Assembly (NCBI GenBank): GCA_964610445.1
Contig: CAZSVV010000003.1
Location: 14,137 to 71,417 of the forward strand
Reading direction: 5' to 3'
DNA: 57,281 bases
Source of the DNA: an uncultured Pseudomonadales bacterium
Lineage (GTDB): Bacteria; Patescibacteriota; Microgenomatia; UBA1400; UBA12108
The stretch's first letter is position 1, and the number at the start of each line of letters is the position of its first letter. The position numbers and the translations under genes were made by a program. Below are positions 38,391 to 48,214 of this stretch, piece by piece. The notes under the pieces were generated by a model. It was not told the origin of the DNA. It did no database searches and worked only from the letters and a program-made list of their open reading frames with translations.

Positions 38391-38990
38391 ATGGTAGTTA
38401 ATCTATCTGAGCGAGCTAGTGAGACAAAAAGAAAAATTGGGAGGAGTGTCTCAGTAAACGGAGTACACGCAGTTGATGTTGATATAATCAAGTCCGAGAA
38501 TCTAAATGATCCATTGCTCGATCTTAATATCAAAGTGAACAATCCCATCGGTCGACTCTGGCTTGCTCTCAAGCGGATCTGGAAGAGTCAGAACACAGTG
38601 GTTGCACTCCGCTTTACTATCCCTTTGATCGTTTTGCCTATAGCCCTCTATGTCGGATATCGTCTCTGGCAAGGTAGGGGAGTCTCAACGCCAATGACTA
38701 AGCTCGGGGTAATTCACGAAGTAATCATCACAGGTTCGCCCAAAGACATTTTAGTTTTGCCAACTAGCGACGTTTATATGCTCTCATATGATCTCAACTT
38801 TAATTCCTCCCACCGTCTAACCGAAAAGCCAGTTATAGTGGTCGGCAACTACAACCATTTAAACAATGATCTAACAGTGCAAGATGTGATAGCCTACAAT
38901 CCCCTGGATATCCCCAAATCCACACCTAATCCTGTAGGTAGCAAAGGGACTTGGGACACGATTCTGCAGTTTATTTCGCAGTTTAGATAG
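38391..38990 (+). CDS. Hypothetical single-pass membrane protein
   Basis: The ATG at 38391 follows a 55-nt gap; the listed start at 38307 (overlapping the EEP gene) is an alternative. There is one TM helix, 'VVALRFTIPLIVLPIALYVGYRLW', and then a beta-rich domain of about 100 aa with no recognisable motif. Confidence 0.4.
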   Translation: MVVNLSERASETKRKIGRSVSVNGVHAVDVDIIKSENLNDPLLDLNIKVNNPIGRLWLALKRIWKSQNTVVALRFTIPLIVLPIALYVGYRLWQGRGVSTPMTKLGVIHEVIITGSPKDILVLPTSDVYMLSYDLNFNSSHRLTEKPVIVVGNYNHLNNDLTVQDVIAYNPLDIPKSTPNPVGSKGTWDTILQFISQFR

Positions 38991-38998
38991 ATAACTGT

Positions 38999-39328
38999 AT
39001 GCAAATCAAGTTTTATATAAAAAATGATAAGAGTCCAGTTGAGGAATACATTTTAGAGTGTCCAAAACCTGTGAGAGAAAAAATTATTAGACAAATTAAA
39101 TATGCTCAAGAATACGGATTAAGACCTGAAGTTTTAGATCTAAAAAAATTACGTGGCTATCCACTATGGGAAATTAGAATCCTCGGTAAAAATAATATTC
39201 GTGTATTATGCTGTCAAAGCGACAATACCATACACATACTTCATATTTTTGCCAAAAAAACTATGAAAACTCCTCTAAAAGATCTAAACTTGGGCTTACG
39301 CAGATATAATGAGTTATTTGACAATTGA
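38999..39328 (+). CDS. Type II toxin, RelE/ParE superfamily (HigB / phage Gp49-like)
   Basis: 109 aa. 'LKKLRGYPLWEIRILGKNNIRVLCC...IHILHIFAKKTMKTPLKDL' fits the Gp49/HigB pattern. It sits immediately upstream of an HTH antitoxin gene, which is the HigBA order. Confidence 0.75.
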   Translation: MQIKFYIKNDKSPVEEYILECPKPVREKIIRQIKYAQEYGLRPEVLDLKKLRGYPLWEIRILGKNNIRVLCCQSDNTIHILHIFAKKTMKTPLKDLNLGLRRYNELFDN

Positions 39329-39346
39329 TATCTAAAAAGATATAGT

Positions 39347-39649
39347 GTGATTATGAAAAGAAAACAAGTGGAGCCACAAGATGATCTAGACAGGTTATTA
39401 GAACGTCAGCTAAAGGATCCAGAGTTTCGTAAAATTTGGGAAGAGGGCGAAGCAGACTACCAACTAGGTAGACAAATTATCCAAGCTAGGATTGACGAAA
39501 AAATCTCCCAGCGGGATCTGGCAAAGCGCGCCAACACAACCCAGGCTGTGATCTCTCGAATCGAAACTTCGAGTGTCAGCCCAACCCTCCAAATGGCAAG
39601 TCGAATCGCTATGGCTCTTGGCAAGACTCTGCAGATCCGTTTTGTTTAA
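39347..39649 (+). CDS. XRE-family helix-turn-helix antitoxin (HigA-like)
   Basis: The HTH is 'ISQRDLAKRANTTQAVISRIETSSVSPTLQMASRIAMALG'. 100 aa. Confidence 0.8.
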   Translation: MIMKRKQVEPQDDLDRLLERQLKDPEFRKIWEEGEADYQLGRQIIQARIDEKISQRDLAKRANTTQAVISRIETSSVSPTLQMASRIAMALGKTLQIRFV

Positions 39650-39694
39650 TCTCCTAAACTAGAGTAGTTGAGCTCTGTGTGAGACAATAAAGAC

Positions 39695-40972
39695 ATGTTC
39701 TCTAATATCTCTAAGCTCACAAAATCTAGCGGTCTAAAATCAGCAGCACTCATGACTGTCGGCAACGTAGGCTCGACAGGCATTGCTGCCGTTGCCATGA
39801 TTATCTTTTCTAGACAACTTGGTCCAGAACAATTTGGTATCTTCTCAGTGCTCTTTTCACTCATGCTAATAATCTCTCGTATTGGAGATATGGGCATCAA
39901 CATTGCTGTCTCTCGCGCTATTGCCCAAAATCAGAATAATAAAACCCTCAACCTAGCCTTTGCTCAAAACGGAGCTTTTCTAAAAGCAATTATTATGGCA
40001 TTGGTGGTAATTACTGGCATGATCACTACTCCGTTGATCACAGAGACTCTGCTTACTCTAACTCCAGATTTTGTCCCTATGGTGCGAGCAGTCATGCTCC
40101 TTTCGATCTCTGTAGTTGTCTACGAATACGTCAACTCTCTTCTTCAGGCCAGACAGTATTTTGGCCTCTCGGTCTTGACTAATACTGTTCAATCTTCTCT
40201 CAAGCTGCTCTTGGCACTAGCTACGCTAGTATTTGTAGGTATAAACCTAAGTACTGTCACCCTAGGGTACATGATCTTGCCACTTATCGGAGCTTGCGTT
40301 GGTTTTTTTGCGATCAATGTAAGGGAGCTCTTGCCTATTTATAGTCCAAAAATCACAAAATCGTTAATTAATGTGGCTCGATGGACCAGTATCTCGATTC
40401 TTGCTAGTGCAGTCGCAGAGAATGTCGACGTTTTAATAGTCCAAAAGTATCTCTCAGTCCATGAGACGGGACTATATGCTGCCGCAACTAGGATTGCGAC
40501 TGTTACTTCACTCATTGGCTGGTCGCTCGGTACAGTATTGAACATGCGGGTAGCAAAATATAAAGACAAAGTGAACTTGGATCGCTATCTAAAAAAAGGC
40601 ATCATGCTAGCAATCGTTTCTCTCTTAGCGACTGCCGCACTCTGTTTGATATCTTATCCAGTCGTTACGTACACTATCGGACCAGCCTACCTGAGCGTCG
40701 TCCCTACATTAAATATTCTCTTAATATCTACCGCGTTCTTAACAGCTACTACACCGTTTGTTGCTTTGTTTTATGTCTTTGATTACCCGCGATATTTTGC
40801 AGTCTCTGGGATTATAACTGCTCTTAGCTTACTTATCTCAGATATTGTCTTGGTACCTACCTACGGGTTAATCGGTGCAGGGTGGGCGAGGGTGATTACT
40901 AGGCTGGTAGTCGGTATCTATACTGTATATATTGCTTATTCCTTATACCACAAGACTTATGGCAAAAAGTAA
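39695..40972 (+). CDS. Second Wzx-like flippase (MOP superfamily)
   Basis: 425 aa with about 12 helices. The N-terminus 'GSTGIAAVAMIIFSRQLGPEQFGIFSVLFSLMLIISRIGDMGINIAVSRAIAQ' is typical of polysaccharide biosynthesis (Wzx) proteins. Confidence 0.7.
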   Translation: MFSNISKLTKSSGLKSAALMTVGNVGSTGIAAVAMIIFSRQLGPEQFGIFSVLFSLMLIISRIGDMGINIAVSRAIAQNQNNKTLNLAFAQNGAFLKAIIMALVVITGMITTPLITETLLTLTPDFVPMVRAVMLLSISVVVYEYVNSLLQARQYFGLSVLTNTVQSSLKLLLALATLVFVGINLSTVTLGYMILPLIGACVGFFAINVRELLPIYSPKITKSLINVARWTSISILASAVAENVDVLIVQKYLSVHETGLYAAATRIATVTSLIGWSLGTVLNMRVAKYKDKVNLDRYLKKGIMLAIVSLLATAALCLISYPVVTYTIGPAYLSVVPTLNILLISTAFLTATTPFVALFYVFDYPRYFAVSGIITALSLLISDIVLVPTYGLIGAGWARVITRLVVGIYTVYIAYSLYHKTYGKK

Positions 40973-41765
40973 CATCACTGTTCACATGATGGTCAAAAAT
41001 GAAGACCAATGGGTTAGATATAGCCTACTCTCTATTCTGCCTTACGTTGATACGGTACTAGTCACCGACACGGGCAGTGCAGATCATACAATCGATGCTA
41101 TCAAGTCTATCAACTCTCCCAAAATCAAGTTAACTCTCACACATGCCACGACTTCTATGGACGTCACTCGTATCCGTGAGGATCAAATAAATAACACAAA
41201 AACGGATTGGTTCTGGGTAGTCGATGGTGACGAAGTATATCCTGAGGGCACAGTCAGAGAGGTAGTGGAAGCGATTACAAGCGGTCGCTATGAGGGGGTC
41301 ACTGTCCGCAGGTATGACCTACTAGGAGATATCTATCATCGTCAAAGGGAGAGCGTAGGGACATATAACATGTGGGGAACTAGTGGTCATCTAGTTCTTA
41401 GAGCACTCAATCTAAGCAAACTTAATGGTTTACATTTGCGTGGTGATTATCCGAACGAAGGCTACTATGACAATAAAGGAATCGCAATCATCGATCACGA
41501 TCCTGGTCTGCACTATATCACTAAAAGCTACCTATACCATGCGATGTACTTGAAAAGGAGTAGTTTAGGTGGGAACCTACCCATGTTTAATCGCTCAAAA
41601 AACAAAATCGAACTAGGAATTCCATTGGAGTCTAATTTACCTACTGTATTTAATTCTAAGCCTCTTCCATGGGAAAAAGACCCAAAAAAAAGTAGATCTC
41701 TCACATACCTTGCACTTGCATCTCTGATTACACCTATAAAATATCTCAAGCGAAAAATTACATGA
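40959..41765 (+). CDS. Glycosyltransferase family 2-like
   Basis: Start taken at the ATG at 40959 (14-nt overlap); the listed start at 40932 is an alternative. 'ITVHMMVKNED', 'VLVTDTGSADHT' and the DxD-type motif 'VVDGDEV' are present. Confidence 0.6.
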   Translation: MAKSNITVHMMVKNEDQWVRYSLLSILPYVDTVLVTDTGSADHTIDAIKSINSPKIKLTLTHATTSMDVTRIREDQINNTKTDWFWVVDGDEVYPEGTVREVVEAITSGRYEGVTVRRYDLLGDIYHRQRESVGTYNMWGTSGHLVLRALNLSKLNGLHLRGDYPNEGYYDNKGIAIIDHDPGLHYITKSYLYHAMYLKRSSLGGNLPMFNRSKNKIELGIPLESNLPTVFNSKPLPWEKDPKKSRSLTYLALASLITPIKYLKRKIT

Positions 41766-42826
41766 AAATACTCTTTCTCAATCTGACTCAGGGGTTGGTA
41801 GACCGAGGCCTCGAGCGTGTAGTAGATCTCTATGCCCAAGCACTCTCAAAGAATAATCAAGTGACGGTAGTTCAAGCAGGACCGGTCAATCCAGACAAAA
41901 GTTATACAATTATTCGAAGTATGAGACTAGAGACTGCCCCTCAGGCAGCTCCCTATAATTTCTTCGAAAAACTCTTATTTAGGCTCGAATGCGATCCATC
42001 TAGTGTAGCAGTCATCAACTTTACCAAAGCATCGATACAATCAATCAAATCAATCAACCCTGACGTAGTTATCGCTTGTAATGGTGCACCCCAAATAAAA
42101 ATTCTCAAGCGAGAGTTGTCTACTCACAAAATTGCAGTATTTGGTCAAGCAGGGATGGGACATCACGATCTTAAGACTTTGATAGCAGCTCCCGATCTAT
42201 TTATTGCATTGACCGATGCTCAAGCGAGTTGGTGCACTCACTATATCAGACCTACAACAAAGCTTGTGGTTATTCCAAACCCTGTAAACCATATCAAGTC
42301 AAAGAAAAAAATCGATCTAGGTGTAGCACATCCTATTGTCCTAACCGTAGGTGCCCTAACGCGCTACAAAAAAATAGTCAGTACTGCCGAATCGCTAAAA
42401 AATCTCGCAGTCTCACATGTAATAATCGGCGATGGCGAGGATGGCGACAAACTCCAGGATATACTTTCGAGTAGAGTCTCTGACTTTCGATGGATAAAGC
42501 AGGTTGACCCTGATTTGATGCAGGACTATTACCAAGCTTGTGACGTGTTTTGCTTTACACCTGACCCGAGAGAGGCCTTTGGAAACGTCTACATCGAAGC
42601 TATGGCGGCAGGTCTACCAATAGTCGCGACCGATGACCCAGTGAGGAGAGAGATCATTGGTAGCTCAGGATTTTTTGTTAATCCACATCGTCCAGACGAG
42701 GTAGGCAGCGCAGTACTAAAAGCCATGAGTAATGGCCGCATTGACTATGGACCACAGCTATCGAGATACAATATCAAAGTAGTTTCTAAGCTCTTAGAAA
42801 AAGAACTCTATGACCTCGTCAAATAA
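41762..42826 (+). CDS. Glycosyltransferase family 4
   Basis: 'REAFGNVYIEAMAAGLPIVATDD' and 'VLTVGALTRYKK' are present. ATGA overlap with the upstream gene. Confidence 0.8.
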   Translation: MKILFLNLTQGLVDRGLERVVDLYAQALSKNNQVTVVQAGPVNPDKSYTIIRSMRLETAPQAAPYNFFEKLLFRLECDPSSVAVINFTKASIQSIKSINPDVVIACNGAPQIKILKRELSTHKIAVFGQAGMGHHDLKTLIAAPDLFIALTDAQASWCTHYIRPTTKLVVIPNPVNHIKSKKKIDLGVAHPIVLTVGALTRYKKIVSTAESLKNLAVSHVIIGDGEDGDKLQDILSSRVSDFRWIKQVDPDLMQDYYQACDVFCFTPDPREAFGNVYIEAMAAGLPIVATDDPVRREIIGSSGFFVNPHRPDEVGSAVLKAMSNGRIDYGPQLSRYNIKVVSKLLEKELYDLVK

Positions 42827-43655
42827 CAAACCTATCGCTTCTGCTATCCTTGCTACTTACAATAGTGAGCAGACTATTGTCCTAGCTATCACCTCGCTCC
42901 TTACTCAGACCGTCGATATCGAGATGATAGTCGTAGACGATGGTAGTACAGATCAAACAAAAGACATTCTTAAAAATTTCCCTGGCGTCATTTACCTTTC
43001 CCAAAAACATCTGGGACCAGCTCATGCTCGTAACCTAGGGGCCAAAAAAGCTAGCACTAGCATTCTATTGTTTGTCGATGCTGACATGAGTTTTGATAAG
43101 GGTTATGTAGAAGATTTGGTCAAGCCGATCCTAAACGGCAATAGTATAGGAACCTACACCATAAACGAAAGAGTCGCCAACTGGGAAAACCCTCTAGCTA
43201 GGTGTTGGAATATCCAAGAAGGGTGGGCCGATCAGTTGCGTTTCCCAGCTCAAGCAGATGTTACACCCGGTACAGACTATCGCGCGATCCTAAAAAAAGA
43301 ATTTGATCGGGTGGGTGGGTTTGATGATATCGGCTATACCGATACTTGGAGTCTCTTTAACAAGCTAGGTGTCAGGCCACAAAAAACTCGTGCAACCTGC
43401 TACCACAAAAACCCTGATTCTTTCACAGCAATTTATAAGCAGGCTCGCTGGGCTGCCAAGAGACCATATAAATACGGGATAATTGGCTCTATCTATGCAA
43501 TCCTTCGGACCTCGCTCCCCCTCTCATTGATTATTGGTATTTTAAAAGCAATTAATCATCACAATTATTACTTTATCCCCTTCAAAATTGTCTATGATCT
43601 CGGCAGATTTGTTGGTATTCTAGAGATGCTAACTACTGGTAAACTGAGTAAATAG
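42810..43655 (+). CDS. Glycosyltransferase family 2
   Basis: Motifs 'ASAILATYNSE', 'IVVDDGSTDQT', 'GPAHARNLG' and 'LFVDADM' are present. Confidence 0.8.
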   Translation: MTSSNNKPIASAILATYNSEQTIVLAITSLLTQTVDIEMIVVDDGSTDQTKDILKNFPGVIYLSQKHLGPAHARNLGAKKASTSILLFVDADMSFDKGYVEDLVKPILNGNSIGTYTINERVANWENPLARCWNIQEGWADQLRFPAQADVTPGTDYRAILKKEFDRVGGFDDIGYTDTWSLFNKLGVRPQKTRATCYHKNPDSFTAIYKQARWAAKRPYKYGIIGSIYAILRTSLPLSLIIGILKAINHHNYYFIPFKIVYDLGRFVGILEMLTTGKLSK

Positions 43656-43656
43656 T

Positions 43657-45003
43657 ATGGTTTATATCCTAGGACTCGCACTAATTTTAAGGCTATTTTT
43701 ACTCAGCCAATCACTCTGGCTAGACGAGGCGATCCAGGCGCTCGCCCTAATGGGACGTATGGGGCCGCTGCTGACATATGCTCTCGCTGACTTTCAGCCT
43801 CCGCTCTATCACTTGATAGGCTGGCTCTGGACCAGTATAGCCGGCTACAGCGAAGTATCTCTTCGTGCTCCATCACTCCTCGCAGGGCTAGGCACTGTCT
43901 ATTTTGTAGCTAAGATTGGAGAAGTCTTTGGGGGCAAAAAAGTGATGTATCTCGCAGGATTACTCGCTGCCACTAATCCGCTCTTAATCTACTATTCTCA
44001 AGAGGGGAGGACTTATGGCATCACGACCTTTTTTGTCACCGCCGCCATCTATTATTTCTACAGAAGACTCAACAACTCCAAGAACAATCTATTTACCATT
44101 TATTATCTGCTATTTACCATCGCATTCCTCTGGACCTCCTACCTCTCATGGTTTCTGTATCTCGCACTCTTAGTCTATTCACTATTTCTCAGGCGTCGTG
44201 ACCTCGTAATCTCTCAGATTATTGCTGGCCTCACACTCTTATTCTGGCTGCCTTCGCTCATTAGCTCACTCGGTATAGGTCTCAGCACAGTGGCTAATAG
44301 TCCGGAATGGGGGAATGTAGTGGGTGGGATATCACTCAAAGCACTCGCACTCACCTGGGTCAAAGCTAACATTGGTCGGATCAGTATAACTAATGACTGG
44401 GTATATGGCCTAGTTGTAATCGCCCTGTTGGCACTACACCTGTATGTCATATCCAAGATTAAGCTCAAGACATACTTGTCGAACAAAAATTATCAAATTA
44501 TCCTAGTTTGGCTCTCTGCCATACCAATAGCCGCCACGTTCTCACTAATCTTGCCGGTCTATAGCTATACCCGCATCATGTTTGTTATCCCTGGATATTT
44601 ACTCTTGCTAGCGCTAGCCCTCTCTGTAACTAGACTGCGCTATGCTTTACTCATTGTTTCACTCCAACTACTCGCGCTAGGCTACTTTTGGGTCAATCCA
44701 GAATTTCATCGAGAGGCTTGGCGGGATGTTGTTATTGATCATGGCCGAGCAGTAATATATGCCCTACCTAGTCGTGCACAAAACGCGCCGTTACTATACT
44801 ATGGCGTCCCTCGTTCACAGATTATCGAACCAAAAACAATTGCAGAACTTAAGTCAAAGCGAATTATTTATATCAAATACGCCGAAAATGTTTTTGACTC
44901 ATCAAAAGATGGGGAGCACAATCTAATAGGGGCGGGCTATACGCTCAGTGACCAAAAAGTGTATCCTGGACTACAGCTAGATATATATGAAAATAACAAT
45001 TGA
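43657..45003 (+). CDS. GT-C fold membrane glycosyltransferase (PMT_2/ArnT-like)
   Basis: The first loop reads 'SLWLDEAIQALA...FQPPLYH', followed by 'LRAPSLLAGLGTVYFVAKI'. 448 aa and polytopic. Confidence 0.7.
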   Translation: MVYILGLALILRLFLLSQSLWLDEAIQALALMGRMGPLLTYALADFQPPLYHLIGWLWTSIAGYSEVSLRAPSLLAGLGTVYFVAKIGEVFGGKKVMYLAGLLAATNPLLIYYSQEGRTYGITTFFVTAAIYYFYRRLNNSKNNLFTIYYLLFTIAFLWTSYLSWFLYLALLVYSLFLRRRDLVISQIIAGLTLLFWLPSLISSLGIGLSTVANSPEWGNVVGGISLKALALTWVKANIGRISITNDWVYGLVVIALLALHLYVISKIKLKTYLSNKNYQIILVWLSAIPIAATFSLILPVYSYTRIMFVIPGYLLLLALALSVTRLRYALLIVSLQLLALGYFWVNPEFHREAWRDVVIDHGRAVIYALPSRAQNAPLLYYGVPRSQIIEPKTIAELKSKRIIYIKYAENVFDSSKDGEHNLIGAGYTLSDQKVYPGLQLDIYENNN

Positions 45004-46075
45004 CGTTTCACAAATGGCTTATTCAGGTACCGGCGTAGGCAGGTATACTTTTGAACTAGTCAAAGCACTCTTGAGCCTACCGAGTAAACATGAGTTTATC
45101 CTCTGGGCGGGGGTACGCAAGCAACGCTTCTATTTTGAGGGTCTGCAAAAAACAGCGCCCTGGAACAAAGCTACCTGGATATATTCACATCTCTCACCCA
45201 AACTAGCAGGTGTACTCTTTAACTACTCTCCCTTGCATCTCGAATACCTAAGTGGTGAGACAGATCTAATCCATCTCTCAGACTGGACAGCCCCAGTTAC
45301 TCGTGTCCCAACAGTTACCACTATCCACGATCTTGCTTACGCCAAGTATCCTGAGACTGTCCATCCTCTGATCAGACACACCCAGTCATTACGACTCTCA
45401 CGCATAGTTAAACATGGCAACCATATCATTGCAGATTCAATGAGTACAAAAAATGATCTCATAGAAAAATATCAACTCAACGATTCATTAATCGATGTTG
45501 TATATCCAGGTCTAAGTCAGGATTATTATCCTCGATCAGTGGAAGAAATAGAACGCGTGAAAACTAAGTACAATCTGCCTGCAAAATTTATCCTCTGTCT
45601 TGGTACTCAGGAACCTCGTAAAAACCTTGAGAGGCTAATTATGGCAACAACAAACCACTCTCTACCGCTAGTTATTGCAGGTAAGTACGGATGGGGCAAA
45701 AAAATCGAGAGTCCTAGCCACGTAACAGTGCTCGGTTTTGTTGACGAAGCAGATCTGCCAGCACTCTACAGTAGTGCCACAGTCTTTTGCTACCCATCAC
45801 TCTACGAAGGGTTCGGATTCCCCGTCCTCGAAGCCATGGCTTGTGGTACACCCGTAGTAACTAGCAATATCAGCTCGCTGCCTGAGGTGACGGGTGAGGC
45901 AGCAGTCTTAGTAGACCCACTAAATATTGAGTCTATCAGGTCTGGAATTGATCAATCATTAGAACTGAGTGAAAACATGATCAAAAAAGGTATTCGACAA
46001 GCCAAAAAGTTTAGTTGGGATGCGGCTGCTAGACAAGTAATAGTAATCTATGAAAAGCTAGGTACTAGGGACTAG
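44987..46075 (+). CDS. Glycosyltransferase family 4 (mannosyltransferase-like subgroup)
   Basis: 'MKITIDVSQMAYSGTGVGRYT', 'TIHDLAY' and 'SLYEGFGFPVLEAMACGTPVVTSNISSLPEV' are present. Confidence 0.85.
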   Translation: MKITIDVSQMAYSGTGVGRYTFELVKALLSLPSKHEFILWAGVRKQRFYFEGLQKTAPWNKATWIYSHLSPKLAGVLFNYSPLHLEYLSGETDLIHLSDWTAPVTRVPTVTTIHDLAYAKYPETVHPLIRHTQSLRLSRIVKHGNHIIADSMSTKNDLIEKYQLNDSLIDVVYPGLSQDYYPRSVEEIERVKTKYNLPAKFILCLGTQEPRKNLERLIMATTNHSLPLVIAGKYGWGKKIESPSHVTVLGFVDEADLPALYSSATVFCYPSLYEGFGFPVLEAMACGTPVVTSNISSLPEVTGEAAVLVDPLNIESIRSGIDQSLELSENMIKKGIRQAKKFSWDAAARQVIVIYEKLGTRD

Positions 46076-46081
46076 GTACAT

Positions 46082-47185
46082 ATGACTAAAAGAATCGGAA
46101 TTGATATAAACGAAGCAAATGTCAAAAATAGAGTGGGGACTGGGCAGTATACCTACCATATTCTAAAGCGACTAAAAAAACTCTCTCCAGAGACAGATTT
46201 TCATCTTTATCATCGTGATCCATTGATGGATGATATGGAAGCAGAGGGTCCTAACTGGCACTATCACCAAGTCGGCCCAGCTCGTGCATGGCTCAGGCTA
46301 GGACTCCCGCTTAATCTACTACTCTCCCGCGCCCACTATCACTCTTTCTGGTCGCCCGCCCACAACGCTCCTTACTATGTTGGTAGTCCTTCAGTAGTCA
46401 CGATTCATGACCTAGCCTATGAGTATTTCCCTGATTTGTTCCTCAAGAGTGATCTCTATAAACTAAAGAACTGGAGTCGTGCTGCGGTCAAGGCAGCGGC
46501 TCGCGTGATAGCCGTATCTGCAGCTACCAAAGACGATCTGGTTAAACTCTACGGAACAGATCCCGACAAAATTACTGTCATTCACAATGGCTACGACTCT
46601 GATATTTTTAATACTAAAACAAAAATCAAATCAGATATTCTTGATAACTTTCAACTTTCAACCTTCAACTACATACTATTCCTCGGTACCATCCAGCCTC
46701 GCAAAAATGCCATAAAACTTGTTCAGGCCTTCCGTCTCCTAAAAGAAAAAGGGTACAAGGGCAAGTTGGTCTTGGCCGGCAAGATCGGCTGGATGTCCGA
46801 AGAATCACTCCAAGTTATCAATAGCTCCCAGGATGCCAAAGATATTGTAATGACGGGATATGTGAGCGACGAGACTCGCCTAGCTCTATATCGTTTTGCT
46901 GACGTCTATGTCTTGCCATCACTGTATGAGGGCTTTGGTGTGCCAGCAATCGAAGCAATGGGGTGCGGCGCACCTGTTGCTGTTGCTAACAATAGTAGTC
47001 TGCCCGAGGTAGTGGGGAGTGCTGGGCTCTTGTTTGACGAGCGTGATCCTGCGAGCATTGCCCAGGCTATACTAGAGCTCAAAAAAGACCGCGTAGGATG
47101 GTCCAAAAAATCTCTCGCGAGAGCCAAACAGTTCTCTTGGGACAAATGTGCCGAGGAGACGCTCAGCGTATTGACTTCGGTATAA
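46082..47185 (+). CDS. Glycosyltransferase family 4 (mannosyltransferase-like subgroup)
   Basis: 'RIGIDINEANVKNRVGTGQYT', 'TIHDLAY' and 'SLYEGFGVPAIEAMGCGAPVAVANNSSLPEV' are present. Confidence 0.85.
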   Translation: MTKRIGIDINEANVKNRVGTGQYTYHILKRLKKLSPETDFHLYHRDPLMDDMEAEGPNWHYHQVGPARAWLRLGLPLNLLLSRAHYHSFWSPAHNAPYYVGSPSVVTIHDLAYEYFPDLFLKSDLYKLKNWSRAAVKAAARVIAVSAATKDDLVKLYGTDPDKITVIHNGYDSDIFNTKTKIKSDILDNFQLSTFNYILFLGTIQPRKNAIKLVQAFRLLKEKGYKGKLVLAGKIGWMSEESLQVINSSQDAKDIVMTGYVSDETRLALYRFADVYVLPSLYEGFGVPAIEAMGCGAPVAVANNSSLPEVVGSAGLLFDERDPASIAQAILELKKDRVGWSKKSLARAKQFSWDKCAEETLSVLTSV

Positions 47186-47207
47186 ATTCGTATAATACTT
47201 AAGTTAT

Positions 47208-47654
47208 ATGGATACTGAAAAAGTTGCCATTTTTAAGTCAAAAGAGATCCGTAGGATTGTTCATAACAATGAGTGGTGGTTTTCGGTTGCAGATGTATGT
47301 GGTGCACTAGTTCAGAGCACAGACGCTGGTGCTTATTGGCGCAAGCTTAAGCAAAGATTAAATGAGGAAGGAAGTCAGGTCGTGACAAATTGTCACGGAC
47401 TGAAATTAATTGCGTCAGATGGTAAATATTATCTAACAGACTGTGCAAATACTGAAGGGATATTCCGCATTATCCAGTCCATACCAAGTCCCAAGGCCGA
47501 ACCATTCAAACGCTGGCTAGCCGAGGTTGGATATAGGGCCACGACATATTGCTATTCCTATCATTGTCTACAGAGTCAATTCTATGCTTCTTACTTTACC
47601 TATTTTTCAGGAATAAAAGGTGTTTTTGGAAAAGTAGAATTCCATTTTTTGTAA
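47208..47654 (+). CDS. Bro-N-domain protein, apparently 3'-truncated (likely remnant)
   Basis: Residues 1 to about 109 fit the widespread Bro-N family whose members are usually about 250-300 aa ('FKSKEIRRIVHNNEWWFSVADVCGAL', 'YWRKLKQRLNEEGS', 'RIIQSIPSPKAEPFKRWLAEVGY'). After about nt 47535 the frame reads low-complexity 'RATTYCYSYHCLQSQFYASYFTYF' and overlaps the convergent minus-strand gene by 55 nt. Confidence 0.55.
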   Translation: MDTEKVAIFKSKEIRRIVHNNEWWFSVADVCGALVQSTDAGAYWRKLKQRLNEEGSQVVTNCHGLKLIASDGKYYLTDCANTEGIFRIIQSIPSPKAEPFKRWLAEVGYRATTYCYSYHCLQSQFYASYFTYFSGIKGVFGKVEFHFL

Positions 47655-48214
47655 AGATTCAATAGGTTTGGCATATAAGGATAATTATTTCTAACTCCCT
47701 CTATAATTGAGTGGCTCATACTTTCTAATAGAGTCTGATAAAATACAGTATTCCGATAGAAAGATGGAAAATTGTTTTCCAAGACAAAAAATCGCAACAA
47801 ACTAGGTTCGACTGTATTTGAAAATTTTACTCCTTGAAGACCGCGTCGTCGCTCAAAATGTATCAAGTCTGTGCCGGCGTTAACTTCGATTAATCTTATT
47901 AATTGATCTTCTCGTGAACTTTTCAAGCTAGGTTTGAAGAATATTGTAAGATATTGTTCCCAAATTTTCTCAGACTGTTGCTTAACCATACCCTTGACAA
48001 GCGTAGTATGACCGTTTGGAGGAGTTATTAATTCTACTTCTGGATTTTCAATGCCAAAAATATCACTTCTACCTAAGTTAGCATTTAATGGATGAAAAGC
48101 CTCTCGACACAGCCATGCAATAGCTAGATGTCCTGAAGATCTACCAGGGGACAATAGGAATGATCCCTTAAATATTTTACGAAAGGCGGCTTCGGTTAAT
48201 ACTTCTTTACTCAT
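47600..48214 (-). CDS. Hypothetical protein (orphan; the only credible minus-strand gene)
   Basis: A 204-aa ORF with no TM helices and no motif I can assign. The DNA is markedly AT-rich: about 30% GC by hand count over 47641-47760, against about 52% over 46981-47100. Confidence 0.5.
   Translation of the reverse strand: MSKEVLTEAAFRKIFKGSFLLSPGRSSGHLAIAWLCREAFHPLNANLGRSDIFGIENPEVELITPPNGHTTLVKGMVKQQSEKIWEQYLTIFFKPSLKSSREDQLIRLIEVNAGTDLIHFERRRGLQGVKFSNTVEPSLLRFFVLENNFPSFYRNTVFYQTLLESMSHSIIEGVRNNYPYMPNLLNLYKKWNSTFPKTPFIPEK

Noticed and set aside
42040-42057. A perfect 9-bp tandem duplication, ATCAATCAA x2, inside the GT4 gene at 41762...
   Set aside because: It is in-frame and has only two copies. 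It encodes a short 'SIxSI' peptide repeat in a linker-like region, and there is no sign of a larger repeat array.
47208-47654. Naming the Bro-N-like ORF as DinD or as a phage antirepressor.
   Set aside because: Only the N-terminal Bro-N-type region is recognisable and the gene looks truncated. A specific functional name would over-interpret it.
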